Source of the DNA: Cycas panzhihuaensis
Lineage: Eukaryota > Plantae > Cycadophyta
Assembly: GCA_023213395.1 (NCBI GenBank)
Contig: CM041465.1
Location: 59,651,741-59,715,740 of the forward strand
Length of the DNA stretch: 64,000 bases
Direction: 5' to 3'
The notes under the pieces were generated by a model. The model was given only the letters and a program-made list of their open reading frames with translations, had not been told where the DNA came from and made no database searches. Below, piece after piece: positions 51,389-64,000 of the stretch (position 1 is its first letter; every line of letters starts with the position of its first letter). Made by a program: the position numbers and the translations under genes.

Positions 51389-53995
51389 TGTTGGGTAATC
51401 TTTAACCTGTGTAATATTAAATTTTTATAATTACCCTTTTGATGTGCACTAGGAGGCTATAATGTATATACTTATTTATGTAGTCAGTTATTGGTTGACC
51501 AAGTACCTTCTAAATTATGATTGGATGGTTAGGTGGTGATATGTACTATAAATATATATTGGTTTGTCATAATACAATTGGAAGTGGTAATTTCTAGCAA
51601 GTAGGTTATGTTATATATGTGTACATATTCTTTATTTGTTTCACCTATTTGGATTTATTAATATCACAATCTTATGATCTTAGACTTGTATTGGCATATG
51701 TATTTATGGTTTGGTATCATAGATATTTATGTACATATTTTATTTCCTTTCATTTAGTATCAGAGCTAGGTTTAATAGAGCCAAGTCTATTAAAACTATG
51801 TTATCAAAGACAGATTATCAAATCCCTAGTCTCAAGTCTATTTTAACCCTATTTAGGCTATAAGACTATGATTATGTCCACCTATCAAGGGTTTGTTCTA
51901 CACTTATTTTAAGTATGCTTATTTATGATTAGTAAGGGGGATAGTCTATCAATTTATTAGGTGAGGTTCTATTGTTGATTGTGGATGGTTTCAAATCATG
52001 TTTTGTAGTGCACCTAGAGTATGTTAGTGCCAATACATGAAAATCTAACCAAAAGTGTAAGTGTTGTAGTGATCTTAAATCCCATGGAGGCTTGTCATTA
52101 TTTTTAATACATTTTTAAGCTAGTTATTTACATGTCTTACCAGTATATATGTATGTATTGCACATGAATCTAAGAGTGGGGCTTCAGATATAAGCTTGAT
52201 CACTCTCTAAAGCTAGTTATATGGTAAGAAGGGTACAATTTTACCCTTTTTTATGTTAGATATAATTCATAAGTGTATTGTAGTATAGTTTGGAGTAACA
52301 GATAATTCCTTGGCTTATGTGAAGATACTAGCATATTGGGGCTTTGAAGTAGAGCTTACTAATTAAGAGAACTTGTATTTTATAAAGGAATTCTATGAAT
52401 AATATGTATGTACAATAAAAATTAAGTTTGTTGGGTGCCACCCCATCATAAAGTTGAGTCTAGATTTTAGTTTTTTTTCCATTACATGTGATAATGGCAA
52501 CATATTTTTTTATATTGAAGAATCTCCATATTATAGGAGAAGAACTTATTAATATTATTCTTGATTGGTCATTAAGATTCCATGGGTATCTACTATATGA
52601 AGGGTTTAATATGAGTTGATTATTAGATGCAAATAGAATTATTATTATTTGGCTAATTATGAGAAGGATTCAATGTCCCTATTGAGAAGATTAAACCATG
52701 CTTAAGACTATAATAGTGGTATTTTAGTGTTATGCAATGTGTTGGGTAGACTAGTTGCTCATTAGGTGATTTTGAAGAGAGTTGGTAGTTTATTAAGATG
52801 AGTTTATGATATTGAGTATTAATACCATATTAATCTATATATATTAGTGTTATGCATTACTGTTGTAATTGTATTTTTGCATTAGGTAACTCTATTACAA
52901 TTTTGGGAAAATTTGGGCACTTTCCAACTATATTTTATTATTTATGAGTGTGTTTTGGGTAAATATGATGTTGTTGTTATTGTATCTAAAGACCTGGATT
53001 TAACCTAAAATATGTCCTAAGATCAAATTATGAAGAAAACGGTGTGTGGACATCATTTTTACCCCCATAGGTCATGCACAGGTAAAAATGAAGAAACAAC
53101 AAAAATTGAATAACAAAAATGACTATATCTCCCTCATACAATATCAAAATTGAGTGTCATTAGTTATGTTATGAAATTAACTCATGGGGTTTTCTAACAA
53201 GTTATCATATTATATGATTTGAAGTTTTCTAGGGCAATTTTAATGTTGCAGAGTTTGGACTTTAATTTAATAGGAAGTTAAAATAGAGCATATGTCTAAA
53301 AAAAATAAATATTTTTTCACATGTTTTAGTTCAGATAACCATTTTTATAGGTTTATTCCATGGTATAGTGGATGGAGCTAAGGGTTTTTAATTTGATTTT
53401 TCTCCTAGAGATGTGGCCTCAACTAGGAGACCTAAAAATAAGAAAAATAAAGCAAGTGAAGGTTGCTTAGCAAGAAAATATTAGTGAACCATATATAGGA
53501 ATGCCACTCTAGATGACTAATAGGTATAACAACTAGTTACACATATGCCCCAATAGATATTTATCTTTCATATGGACCTAACATCACATTTAAAGTAGCT
53601 ATGTAACCTGGATTAAATATTAAGTAGGAAATAGTGGTTAATATTTAATCCATGTAATATTAAATTATTATAATTACCCCTTTAATGTGTACTAAGGGGT
53701 CATAGTACACATACTTCTTTATGTAATCAATTATTATTTGACTAAGTGGCTTTTGGATTATGATTGGACAACCAAGTAATGATATGTGCTATAAATATAT
53801 ATTAGTTTATCATAATACAATTGGAAGTGGTCAATTCCTAAAAGCATCTTGTGTTAGGTGTATGTATATATTCTTTATTTGCTTCACTTATTTGACTTAA
53901 TTAATCTTATAGTCTTATGATCTTAGACTTGTGTTGGTATACATATTTATGATTTAGTATCAAAGATATTTATATGCCTATTTTATTTCTATTTA
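51389..53995 (+). mobile_element. Non-autonomous LTR element (~2.6 kb, TRIM/LARD-like)
   Basis: LTRs 51389-51752 and 53632-53995; TSD ATTGA/GTTGA; PBS TAGTATCAGAGC 51755-51766; decayed PPT before 53632. Confidence 0.85.
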
Positions 53996-56160
53996 GTTGA
54001 AAGTTTATTAAAGGATACATCAATATAGTTGGACCCTTGACCAACCTCACCAACAAGTATAGCTTTAATTAAGATGAGAATGTTGGCTTAAGCTTCAAAA
54101 AACTTAAAAAGGCAATCATCATTGGTCAAGTCCTAGCTATGACAAGCTTCTCTTAACCATTTAGAGTAGAGTGTAATGCATCAAGTACTAGCAGAGATGT
54201 GACTCTCTTCTAAAGAGACCACCCCATAATTTATGAGATTCTAAAGTTTAATCTATGAGAAAGAGTAAAAAGTACATATGATAAGGAGGTGTTAGCCACT
54301 AATCATGCACTAGTAAAGTGGAGGAAATATTTGTTAGGAATGAAAATCATCATCAAGATAAATCGCCATAGTTTAAAGTACTTCTTGACATAACAAAACC
54401 TATTTGAGGAGTAGCAAAGTCTAGGATTATGACTTTGAGATCTCATATAAGAGGGGGAAGGAAGACATTAAAATAAATGCTTTATCTAAAAAAATTAATG
54501 TTACCAATTATTCAGCCATCATATTAGTCATACCCATATGGCTTAAGGAGTTATAGTAAAAATACTTATAAGATTAAGAGGCCAAGAGTATCGTAGATAG
54601 AAATTCTAAAGCATTAGCAAAAATTCCCTGGATAAAGAAAGGAAATAACTTTCTTTACAAGAATAAAATATATCTACTACAAGAATCATGGTTCAAGGAC
54701 ATAGTCCTCAAGGAGCATCATGAATCACCTATAGTTGGGCTCTCTAGGTTCCTTAAGATATATGAAAGGATAATAAGAATAGTCATGATTCACCAAAACT
54801 TAGCCCTTAATTGGTTCACATCACCTTTAACAAATTTCTTGTGAAACTCTTACTTGATATGATTGATAAATACTTATTTTATGTTCATTAGGCCATGTTT
54901 TGATGAAATATGATTATGAATTTTGTTGGATGATGTATGTTTGATGATGATGATGTATTATATGCTCTCTCATTTACAAATGGGTGATAACTATGGCATT
55001 ATATCTCTCTTTATGATCTTTTTGACTCATTTTTCCTTTTAAACATTCATTTACTTTTTTTTTTCCTTGATTTTAGTTTTTTGTGATCTCTTTTTCATTA
55101 TTTTTAGGCTTGTTCTTATAGTTTTCATTCTCTCTGGGCTATTTTTCTTATTGATTGACTCATTTGTGTTTAAATCTTTTAATAAAAAAATATTTTTTCA
55201 CTTTTTAATGAGTAAATTTCATCTCCTGATTCATCACATTTTGGTCCTGCCAAAAATATGATCCATTACATTTTATGAAGAAGATCATATTTTTCGTTGT
55301 TTATAAAATATGACCAGTCATATTTTTTACTATCATGTATGTAATTTTTTTTTCAATACACTAGTTTTGTATGTCGCTGCCTAGATTTGATGGCAACCTA
55401 CCTCTTTCATGCCTAAAACCTTTTAAAACCCTAGTGTATTATGTTATTTATGAATTGATGAGTTAGAGATCAAGCTTGGTAGGATTTTTCTTGAGATTTT
55501 AAGAGATTTCTTAGATATTATTTGGAGAACTATTTTTGAAGAAGAAGTAAAGCCCAAGGGAGAAAGTTTGAAGCTATGTTTACTGACTTGTTACTACATG
55601 AATTTCATTGGTTGATGCTTCCAAAGTATATGTTTTTCTCACAAATTTTTTAGCTTCAAACTTCTCTTTCCTAAGAAGACCTTTCTTTTTTAGTTTCTTA
55701 CAATTTTGCTTTCCTTTTGGTGATTGTTTATAATTAGAATTGTTCCTCTCTTCTTATTGATATCTGAGATACTTTTTTGGGGGATTTTTCCTTGGAAAAC
55801 TTGCCTGAAAGGATAACCCTTTATAGGAAGAATAGGAGTAGACTATTGTGAAGAATGATCATCTCTTCACTATAAGGATAACTACTCTCTCCCATTCTTT
55901 TTCTATTGTCCAAGTCTCCAAGAGGTCTAGTTTCACCTTTGCTTATATGTGGCTATTGTTGAGATGATTATTCATATGTTTCTTCTTTTTTCCTTGTTGG
56001 TTTTAAAGGAAATTTGAAGAGGTTTGGTTGCAAGAAAGAGATAAGACCATTCTAAGGTAGAAATTCATCAATATGCTAGAGATTACATAAAATTTCTAGC
56101 ATTGTTTTATTTGACTTTATTCTTTCTATTTCTTCGTAGCTAAGAAAAGAACTTTGAATG

Positions 56161-59100
56161 TGTTAGAGAGAGGGTTAAACTATACATTCACATATATCAA
56201 AATTAAATTAAAGAACTATAGACTTGATCAAATGATGTACCAATTTGACAGGTGGAAAAACCCCCTAGTGGGGATTAAAAAACTGCCACCTAAAATATAT
56301 AAATATCATTATAATAAAAGAATAATACAGTGTATAAGGATCTCATCCTCCCTTTGTATTGATGCTAGGCTATCCTATGTATAGCCTTTACCTCATCAGC
56401 CAACCTTTGACTAACCTGACCAACCTCCTAAAATCTAGGAGGAGATACTAGAAAGAAGATAGAGGTTTGATTAAATAGGTGGTTGTCCATTTCAATAAAC
56501 TATCTAATTAATTAATATATAAAGTAACTTTATAAAAGGAACCTTATTAAAAGATAACATTATTCCATCACCCCCCTTTAATGTTATCTTTTGTACAATA
56601 GATGATATAGAAGATAGAAAGAAGAAGAAGAAGAAGAAGAAGAAGACTTCAACATGGTGATCCCCATTTAATGAAGACTTCTTCCATCTTCAACAATTCA
56701 CAGAGTTTGACAAACTTTGCTTTTATCAATGGCTTTATAAAAATATCTATAATCTACAAATCTGTAGGATAATAAAATATATTAATAGTATTATTATTTA
56801 GAAGATTACATATAAAATATTAATGTAATTCTATATGTTTTATCCTAAAATGTGAAACAGGATTAGTAGCAATAGATATCGCACCTTGATTATCAATATT
56901 AATTTTAATAAAAGAGTTAGGAAATAGACCAAGTTCACTTAATAAAAATTTAATCCAAAGTGATTCTTTACTCACTTCTACTAATGCTTGATATTTAACT
57001 TCTGATGTAGATAAAGCTAATGCTTATATTTTCTTATTGGATCATGTGATTGGTGAGGAATCAAGGAAGAAGATATACCTAACAATAGATTTTCTATCAT
57101 TAGAATCTCTCACCCAATCAAAATCTATGTATCATATCAATTTTAGGTTAGTATTATAAAAGTTATATGTTAGATCATGATAAATCATACCTTGAAAACA
57201 TCTTAGAATTCATTTTATTGCATTCCAATGAGAGTCATGAGGCTTTTGCATGTATCTGGAATACAATGCAATAACATAGGAGATATCTAGATGGGTATGA
57301 GTTTAAGTAAATTAGACTACCTATTAATTGATGATATAAGGTAGGATCACAAGTTGAAGATGAGTAATCAATTGTTAATTTTACACCTAATTATAGAAGT
57401 GTAGGAGTTGACTTGGCGTATCTATATTAAACCTTGTTATTAGGTCAATAGTATACTTAGGTTGAGAAATAGTGATTTTTAACTTTGATTAACAAATTTA
57501 CAAGCTTAAAAAGTAATGTAATAGACTTGAGTTTTTCATTTCAAATTTCTACGTTAGAATTGATTTTAATTGAAGAATGTGAGAAAGTAAAGAACCAATT
57601 ATAATAATATTATCTATATAAAGAATTAAAATAGTGATAATATCATCTTGTCTTTAAAAATAGAGATTAGGATTACTAATACACTTAGTGTATCCATTTT
57701 GTAAAAGATATTCATTAATTTTAGTATACCAAGCTCGTGGAGGTTGTTTAAGACCATATAAAGATTTTTTTAACTTGTAGACAAGATTAGGATTACTAAT
57801 AAAACTAGGAGGCTGTTTTATATATATTTCTTCTTTAAGGCCACCATTTAGAAAGATGCTTTTCACATCCATCTCATGAATCTGCCAGCCAACTTTGGCT
57901 GCTAAGGCAATGATGGTTTTAATTATATTCATCTTGGCTATATGAGTAAATATTTGAATATAGTTAATACCATCAACTTGCAAAAAACCTTTGGCTACTA
58001 AACAAACTTTATGTTTTTCAATTACTCCTTCTAAATTGTACTTAGTTTAATAAACTCATTTACAGATAACTAAGTTCTTTCTAGGAGGTAAAGTAACTAG
58101 ATCCTAAGTTGAGTTCTTTCTAAGAACATCAATTTTAACTTACATGGCTTGTTACCATGTTAGATTATTACTTACTTCTTTAAAGGTTTTAGGGTCATCA
58201 CTTGCCATGACTTTGGCCATTAGGGTAAAATTGACTTAAAGCTTCTAAGAATGGGTCCTTTTAGTATTCAATAGATCACCAACATCAGAACTAGCATTAG
58301 AGAGTTTTCTTAGCCCAAATAGGTTGTTTATTATTATTAGTAGGTTATTCAAAAGAGGTAGGCTAACTAGACATATATGGATTTGAGGTAATAGGTTTGG
58401 TTAAAGTCTAATTTTAAACTTAAGTGGATAGAGACTCGATTATTTCAGGATCAACTTGTTTATTTGAATGGTTAACTAAGTAAGTATTAGTTAGTATATT
58501 TTCAATAGGAAGTTCAACATAAGAAGGGTTTGATGAATATCCTTCTTCATCAAATACAACATCATGTAAGATCAAAATCTTATACATGATTAGGTTAAGA
58601 AGTTGGTAAGCTTTGCTTTCTTCATTATAACCAATGAAGATGAACTTAAAACTTTTGGGGTTGAGTTTCTATCATTTTTCTTTAGGAACATGGCCCCAAG
58701 AAATGCTTTCAAAGACTCTAATGTATTTTGTAAAAGGTTCATGACCAGACCACCTTTGTTCTAGCATAACATTATATAAAGACTTACTTGGTAAGTGATT
58801 TAAAAGATAGTTAGAGCAAGCAATTTCTTATGCCCACAACTTAAGTCAAGACCTTTCATATGTAACATGTATTAGTTATTTCAACAAGGGTAAATTTCTT
58901 GCATTTAGCAATACCATTTTTTTTAGGAGTGTAAGCTACAAAGTATTGGAATTATATTCCATACTTCTTGCAGTAGGAAGTAAACCCATTACTTAGGTAC
59001 TCCTTAGCATTATTAGACCTAAAGATTTTGATTTTGGAGTTAGTTTGATTTTCAACTAAAGTTTTAAACTTAATAAAGATGTCAAATATTTGTCTCTTTA

Positions 59101-59358
59101 TTTTGAGCATGTATACCCAACACTTACTAGAGAAGTCGTTGATGAAGGTGATAAAATATCTACTTCCAGAGTACAAAGGTACTTAGAATAGGCCTCAAAC
59201 ATTAGAATGAATAAGTTTGAGTTGAGCTTTTACTCAAAAAGAGGTGTGATGTGGGAAAAGGTCCAGGTGTTATTTTCTTATAACACAGGCTTCACAAATA
59301 CCATAGATAATGACTAGGGGGTATAAGCCATGAATCATATCATACTTACTCTGGTATT
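56161..59358 (-). mobile_element. Decayed Ty1/copia (INT-RT-RNase H, PPT, 3' LTR), cut off by the younger copia at 59359
   Basis: ORFs 58952-59176 (INT: RYFITFINDFSSKCWVY...KIFRSNNAKEY) and 57654-57983 (RT: HEMDVKSIFLNG...SLYGLKQPPRAWY). PPT 56578-56571; LTR 56570 to ~56161. Confidence 0.88.
56621..56646. repeat. (GAA)n microsatellite
   Basis: Seen directly. Confidence 0.9.
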
Positions 59359-62300
59359 TGTTAGAATATGACAACAAATGGTTAGGAGGCTAAAATTTTG
59401 ACATGTTGGCAGCGCGGGTTCCCCTCTAAACCTTCCAAGGGGGTTCCAAGGGGGACGGGAGCCCCCCCTAGCCAAGGGGGTGCGGGGGGAGTGGAATGCC
59501 CCCCGCTAAGAGGGGATTCAGGGGCGATAGCCCCTGACTCAAAAAATTAGCACTGGAAACTATATTAAATTGTAAAGAGAATCAAGGTCATTCAATAAAA
59601 ATACCATCGATTCTGTAGTCAAGATTTGTGCTATGTATGACCCACTCATGTAGCCTGATTTACGGCATATTTCTTTATGTTGAGGTTGTTCAATGTACTG
59701 TGAGTAGGGTGGCGACCGGTTATTGTTGATGGGAGCACTCTACTACTGGTTATATATATTATCTTCATTCTGTGACAATAAACATCGATACCTTTCCTGT
59801 GTAGATATTTCCCTAGCACATTGTTGGGGTTTTACCATGTTATATCAGGTGTACATTTTATGCTTGGATTTCTTGTTCATTTTATTATTTTATGTCTGGC
59901 TTAAGAACTTGTATGTAATTTTAGTTTTGATTCCTATAACTAGTTACAAGAATAGTTTAGATCTTGGTGGCAGTTTTAAGGTATTGGGACCTTGTCATCT
60001 CAACAAGTGGTATCAGAGCTACTTTTATTTTTGCGGCGAGTTTGTGAAGGTTTTAGTGTCAGGTTTCTCTACACCAAATGGTAAAACTGACAAGTACAAA
60101 GTTTGAGGTGGAGAAATTCAATAGAAAGAATAACTTCGAATTGTGAAAACTGAAAGCGTATGATGTTCTTGTACAACAAGATTTGTATAGAGCTCTTGTA
60201 GGCAAAATGAAGAAACCCATAGGGATGGACGATGATGAATGGAATGATCTACACAAAAAGGCTCTTAGCACAATATGATTATTCTTAGTAGATGAAGTTC
60301 TATTTAACATCGCAACGGAGTAGACAATAGTAGGATTATGGACTTGGTTGGAAGGCCTATATATGACAAAATCAGTGATGAATTAAATCTACTTGAAGAG
60401 GCAATTGTACTCATTATAGATGAAGGAAGGTACAAAAATTATTAACCATTTAAATATTTTCAATACTCTTATTTGTTAGGTGGCCAGTATCGATGTTAAA
60501 ATTAAGGATGAGGACAAGGATGTTATCTTATTATGCTCATTACCAGAATCTTGGGATAATATTATTACTTCAATTAATTTTAGCACTACAAATGAATTAG
60601 AATATGATTCTGTTATGAGTGCTTTACTGATGGAAGAAGTGCAGAGGAAGTCTAGTCTTGAAACCTCCACACTAGAAGCTATGACAATAAGGGGTAGAAC
60701 AATTGATAAAGGACAAAGCTCCAGGGATACATCGAGGTCAAAGTCAAAAGGCAAGAAGAGTAAGTTTAGGTGTTGGCACTGTAATAAGACCGGTCACCTC
60801 AAGAAGGATTGCTACAAAAGGAAGGAGTTCCATAAAAAGGAAGATCCTGCCAAGGAGGCGAATCAAGTGGAGTCAAATCAAGGTATGGATGATGATGTCT
60901 TGGTTGCTTGTAATGTTTCTCATTATCACCATGACTAGTTATTAGATTAAGGTGCTTCACACCACGTGTCCACACAAGAGTTGGTTCTCATCATACCAAC
61001 CTCTTGATGGTGGTGATGTACTTATGGGAAATGAAGTTTCTTGTAAGACAGTGGGCATTGGTAGCATTAGAACTAAGATGTTCAATGAGGTAGTAAGAAT
61101 ATTAACTAAGGTTAAACATGTACCTGATCTGAAAAGGAATTTAATTTCCTTAGGTGAACTAGATTCATGTGGTTTTAAGTATACAGGTCATGAAGGAGTC
61201 CTAAAGGTGTCAAAGGGCGCCTTGGTTATTATGAAAGCCTTAAATAAAGGAAATCTTTATATTTTAGTGGGAAGTACAGATGTTATCCAAGTAGCTACAA
61301 CATCAAAGACTTCAAAAGATCCAGCTCAGTTATGACATTAAAGACTTGGGCACATGAGTGAGAGAGGAATTAAGGTGCTAATAAACTGAAGGTTACTTCC
61401 TGACTTACAACTTTTAAATTTGGCTTTCTGTAAACATTGGGTTTTTGGAAAATAGTATAGACTCAAGTTTAAAGTAGGGAGTCACACTAGTAAAGGCATT
61501 CTCGATTACATACATTCAGATGTATGGGGACCAGCCCCTAAAATATCTTATGGAGGATCATTATACTTTGTCACATTTATATATGAGTACTCCGGGAAGG
61601 TATGGGTCTATTTTTTGAAAAGGAAATCTAAAGTGTTCAGTGTGTTTAAGCAGTTCAAGGCTCTAGTTGAGAACAACACTAGTAAGACAATCAAATGTTT
61701 AAGAACTAACAATGGAGGTGAGTTCAACTCCTTAGAGTTTGAGAACTATTGCAGAGAAGATAGGATCAAAAGACACAAGACCACTAGTTATACTCCACAG
61801 CAAAATGACATTGTTGAGCGCATGAATAGGATACTCTTGGAAAGAGCAAGAAGCATGCTAAGTAATGTTGGAGTGGAGTAGGGCTTGTGGGCAGAAATTA
61901 TTCAAATAGCTTTCTATCTGGTAAATAGGTCACAATCACTTGCAATAGACTGCAAGATTCCTAAAGAGGTATGGAATGGATATCTATGTGACTATTCAAA
62001 TTTGAGAGTTTTTGGTTGTGATGCTTATGCCTGGACTGATAAAAGTAAACGTTCAAAGTTAAACCTAAAATCCAAGAAATATATCTTTGTTGGCTATGGT
62101 GATAAAGATGGTGTGAAGGGATATAGGTTGTGGGATCCTACTACCCAGAAAATCACCATTAATAGAGATGTTGTATTTGATGAATCTCCCCTTCTAAAAT
62201 CAGACAGTGTATAAGTTAAAGTGGAACAGGAGCAGAAAGATGAACATCAACAGGTCAAGTTTGAAACCCATCCATCTTTGGAATCAAAAGAGCAGGAAGA

Positions 62301-64000
62301 TCTTTCTGAAGATGAATCTACAAAAGATTTACAGGAGTATGTGGACACTCCTCTACCAACAGTTAGAAGATCTACACGAGTTAGTCATCCACCTAACAAG
62401 TACAGCTTGTCTACTTCTATTGCTTTGGTTTCTAATGATGGTAAGCCTACATGTTATCGAGAAGCAGTAGATGATATCCATAGTGAGAAGAAGAAGAGGG
62501 CTATGCAGGAAGAGATAGATGTATTGAAGAAAAATAATTCATGGGACTTGGTAGAACTTCCACATGGCAGGAAGATTGTTGGTTGCAGGTGGGGTTTTAA
62601 GATGAAAATATATGTTGATGGAAAGGTTGACAAATATAGGGTAACATTAGTGGCTAAAAGCTTTGAACAGAAAGAAGGTATTAACTTTCATGAGATCTTT
62701 TCACCAGTTATCAAACTTGTTTCAATTCGAGTGTTGTTAGCATTGGTAGCTTCTCTTAATTTAGAGTTGCGACAGTTAGATGTAAAAATAGCTTTTCTAC
62801 ATGGAGATTTAGATGAGGAGATATATATAGATCAACCAGAAGGGTTTGTATAGGATGGCAGAAAAAGACTTATTTACAGGCTCAAGAAATCATTGTATGG
62901 ACTGAAGTAATCTCCCAGGCAATGGTACAAGAAGTTTGATACCTTCATGGAGAGCCAATTTTTCAAAAGAAGTGAGTATGATCATTGTGTTTACTTTAAA
63001 TTTATAGACAATGGCTTATTCATTATTTTGGTATTATATGTTGATGACATGTTGGTTGCAAGCAAGAGCATGGAAGAAATCAATAAGTTAAAGGCTCAAT
63101 TGACTAGGACTTTTCATATGAAGGATCTAGGAGATGCAAAATAAATCTTAGGTATGGAGATACATAGAGATAGGAAATGGTAAGCTATGGTTATCATAGT
63201 ATAAATATGTGGAGAAGGTGCTAACCAGGATTGGTATGGCAAATGTGAAACCAGTAAGTATCCCATTGGCTTCCCATTTCAAGCTTTCTTCGAGTATGAA
63301 TCCTAGTAATGAAGAAGAAAAGGATTATATATCTTATGTGACTTATGCCAGTGCAATAGGAAGTTTGATGTATGCCATGGTATGTACGAGACCTGACATT
63401 TCACATGTAGTCGGTATAGTTAGCAGGTTTATGGCAAATCCAGAAAAGGAATATTAGGCAGCAGTGAAATGGGTGCTTCAGTATTTGAGAGGCACAAGTG
63501 ACTATTACATCACCTTTGGAGGTACAGATAATCAGGTTTGTGGATATATTGATTCAGACTTTGCAGGAGATTTAAATAAGAGAAGGTCTACTTTAGGTTA
63601 TGTATTCACTCTTGTAAATGGTCTAGTTAGTTGGATGTCAAAATTGTAAAGCACAATTACATTATCAACTACAGAAGCTGAATATGTTGTTGCAACACAT
63701 GCTTGTAAAGAAGCAATCTGGTTATAAGGTCTATTGGTTGAGATTTGAAGGAAACAGAAAAAGGTAAAATTATTTTATGACAATCAAAGTGCCATTTACT
63801 TAGCCAAGATTCCAGCTTATCATAGCAGAATAAAGCATATTGCTCTTAAATACTAATTTTTTAGACAGGTTGTGGAAGCAGGTCGAGTGGCACTTGAGAA
63901 GGTTGATACAAAACAAAATTATGCCGATATGTTCATGAAACTAGTACCATTAGAGAAGTTCAAATGGTGTTTGACTTCTCTTGGCTTGCAGAAAAGATGA
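59359..64000 (+). mobile_element. Ty1/copia, Tnt1/Tork-like: 5' LTR plus full-length but disabled gag-pol; 3' LTR outside the window
   Basis: LTR 59359-60005 (TGTTAG...CAACA) and PBS TGGTATCAGAGC at 60008-60019. Confidence 0.93.
60078..64000 (+). pseudogene. gag-pol polyprotein pseudogene (gag, knuckle, PR, INT, RT, RNase H)
   Basis: KFEVEKFNRKNNFEL*KLK, CWHCNKTGHLKKDC, LDYIHSDVWGP, CLRTNNGGEF, QLDVKIAFLHGDL, LYVDDML, DSDFAGDLNKRRST. Many premature stops and a few frameshifts; ends with TGA at 63998-64000. Confidence 0.93.

Larger units (their letters stand above)
46790..54780 (+). mobile_element. Decayed Ty3/gypsy pol fragment (PR-RT-RNase H-start of INT), related to the 8933-26691 element, with two nested insertions
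   Basis: Protease VLILIN|LGSTHNFI is split at 46894/50118. RT YVDYRVLNKI and VFFDDILIY; ITKCY*|KFIKGY is split at 51388/54001. RNase H ERVKSTYDKEVLA...LVKWRKYLLG; LKEHHESPIVG. Confidence 0.85.

Overview
Eukaryotic, very AT-rich, CpG-depleted plant nuclear DNA. It looks like a large gymnosperm-type genome, but the species is my inference only. The single intact host gene is a 3-exon DUF1218-family membrane protein on the minus strand (29956-28577). The rest is mostly nested, decayed retroelements: four Ty1/copia, three Ty3/gypsy relics, a LINE, several non-autonomous LTR elements, a ~330-bp tandem-repeat block and a 1.5-kb (TA)n array. The most notable signal is a family of non-autonomous gag-only LTR elements. 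Two complete, TSD-flanked copies (9170-14651 +, 33351-38559 -) share LTRs, leader, spacer and truncated gag. Each carries a different ~1.1-1.3 kb payload in the same slot. In copy 2 the payload is a chain of recognisable host-gene fragments (PPR At5g02830-like, BEACH protein BchC2-like, AKR2-like), all antisense to the element; the copy 1 payload looks host-like but I could not name it. A third element with a different LTR (<1-3549) shows the same layout. All family assignments come from recognising motifs by eye; no database search was run.
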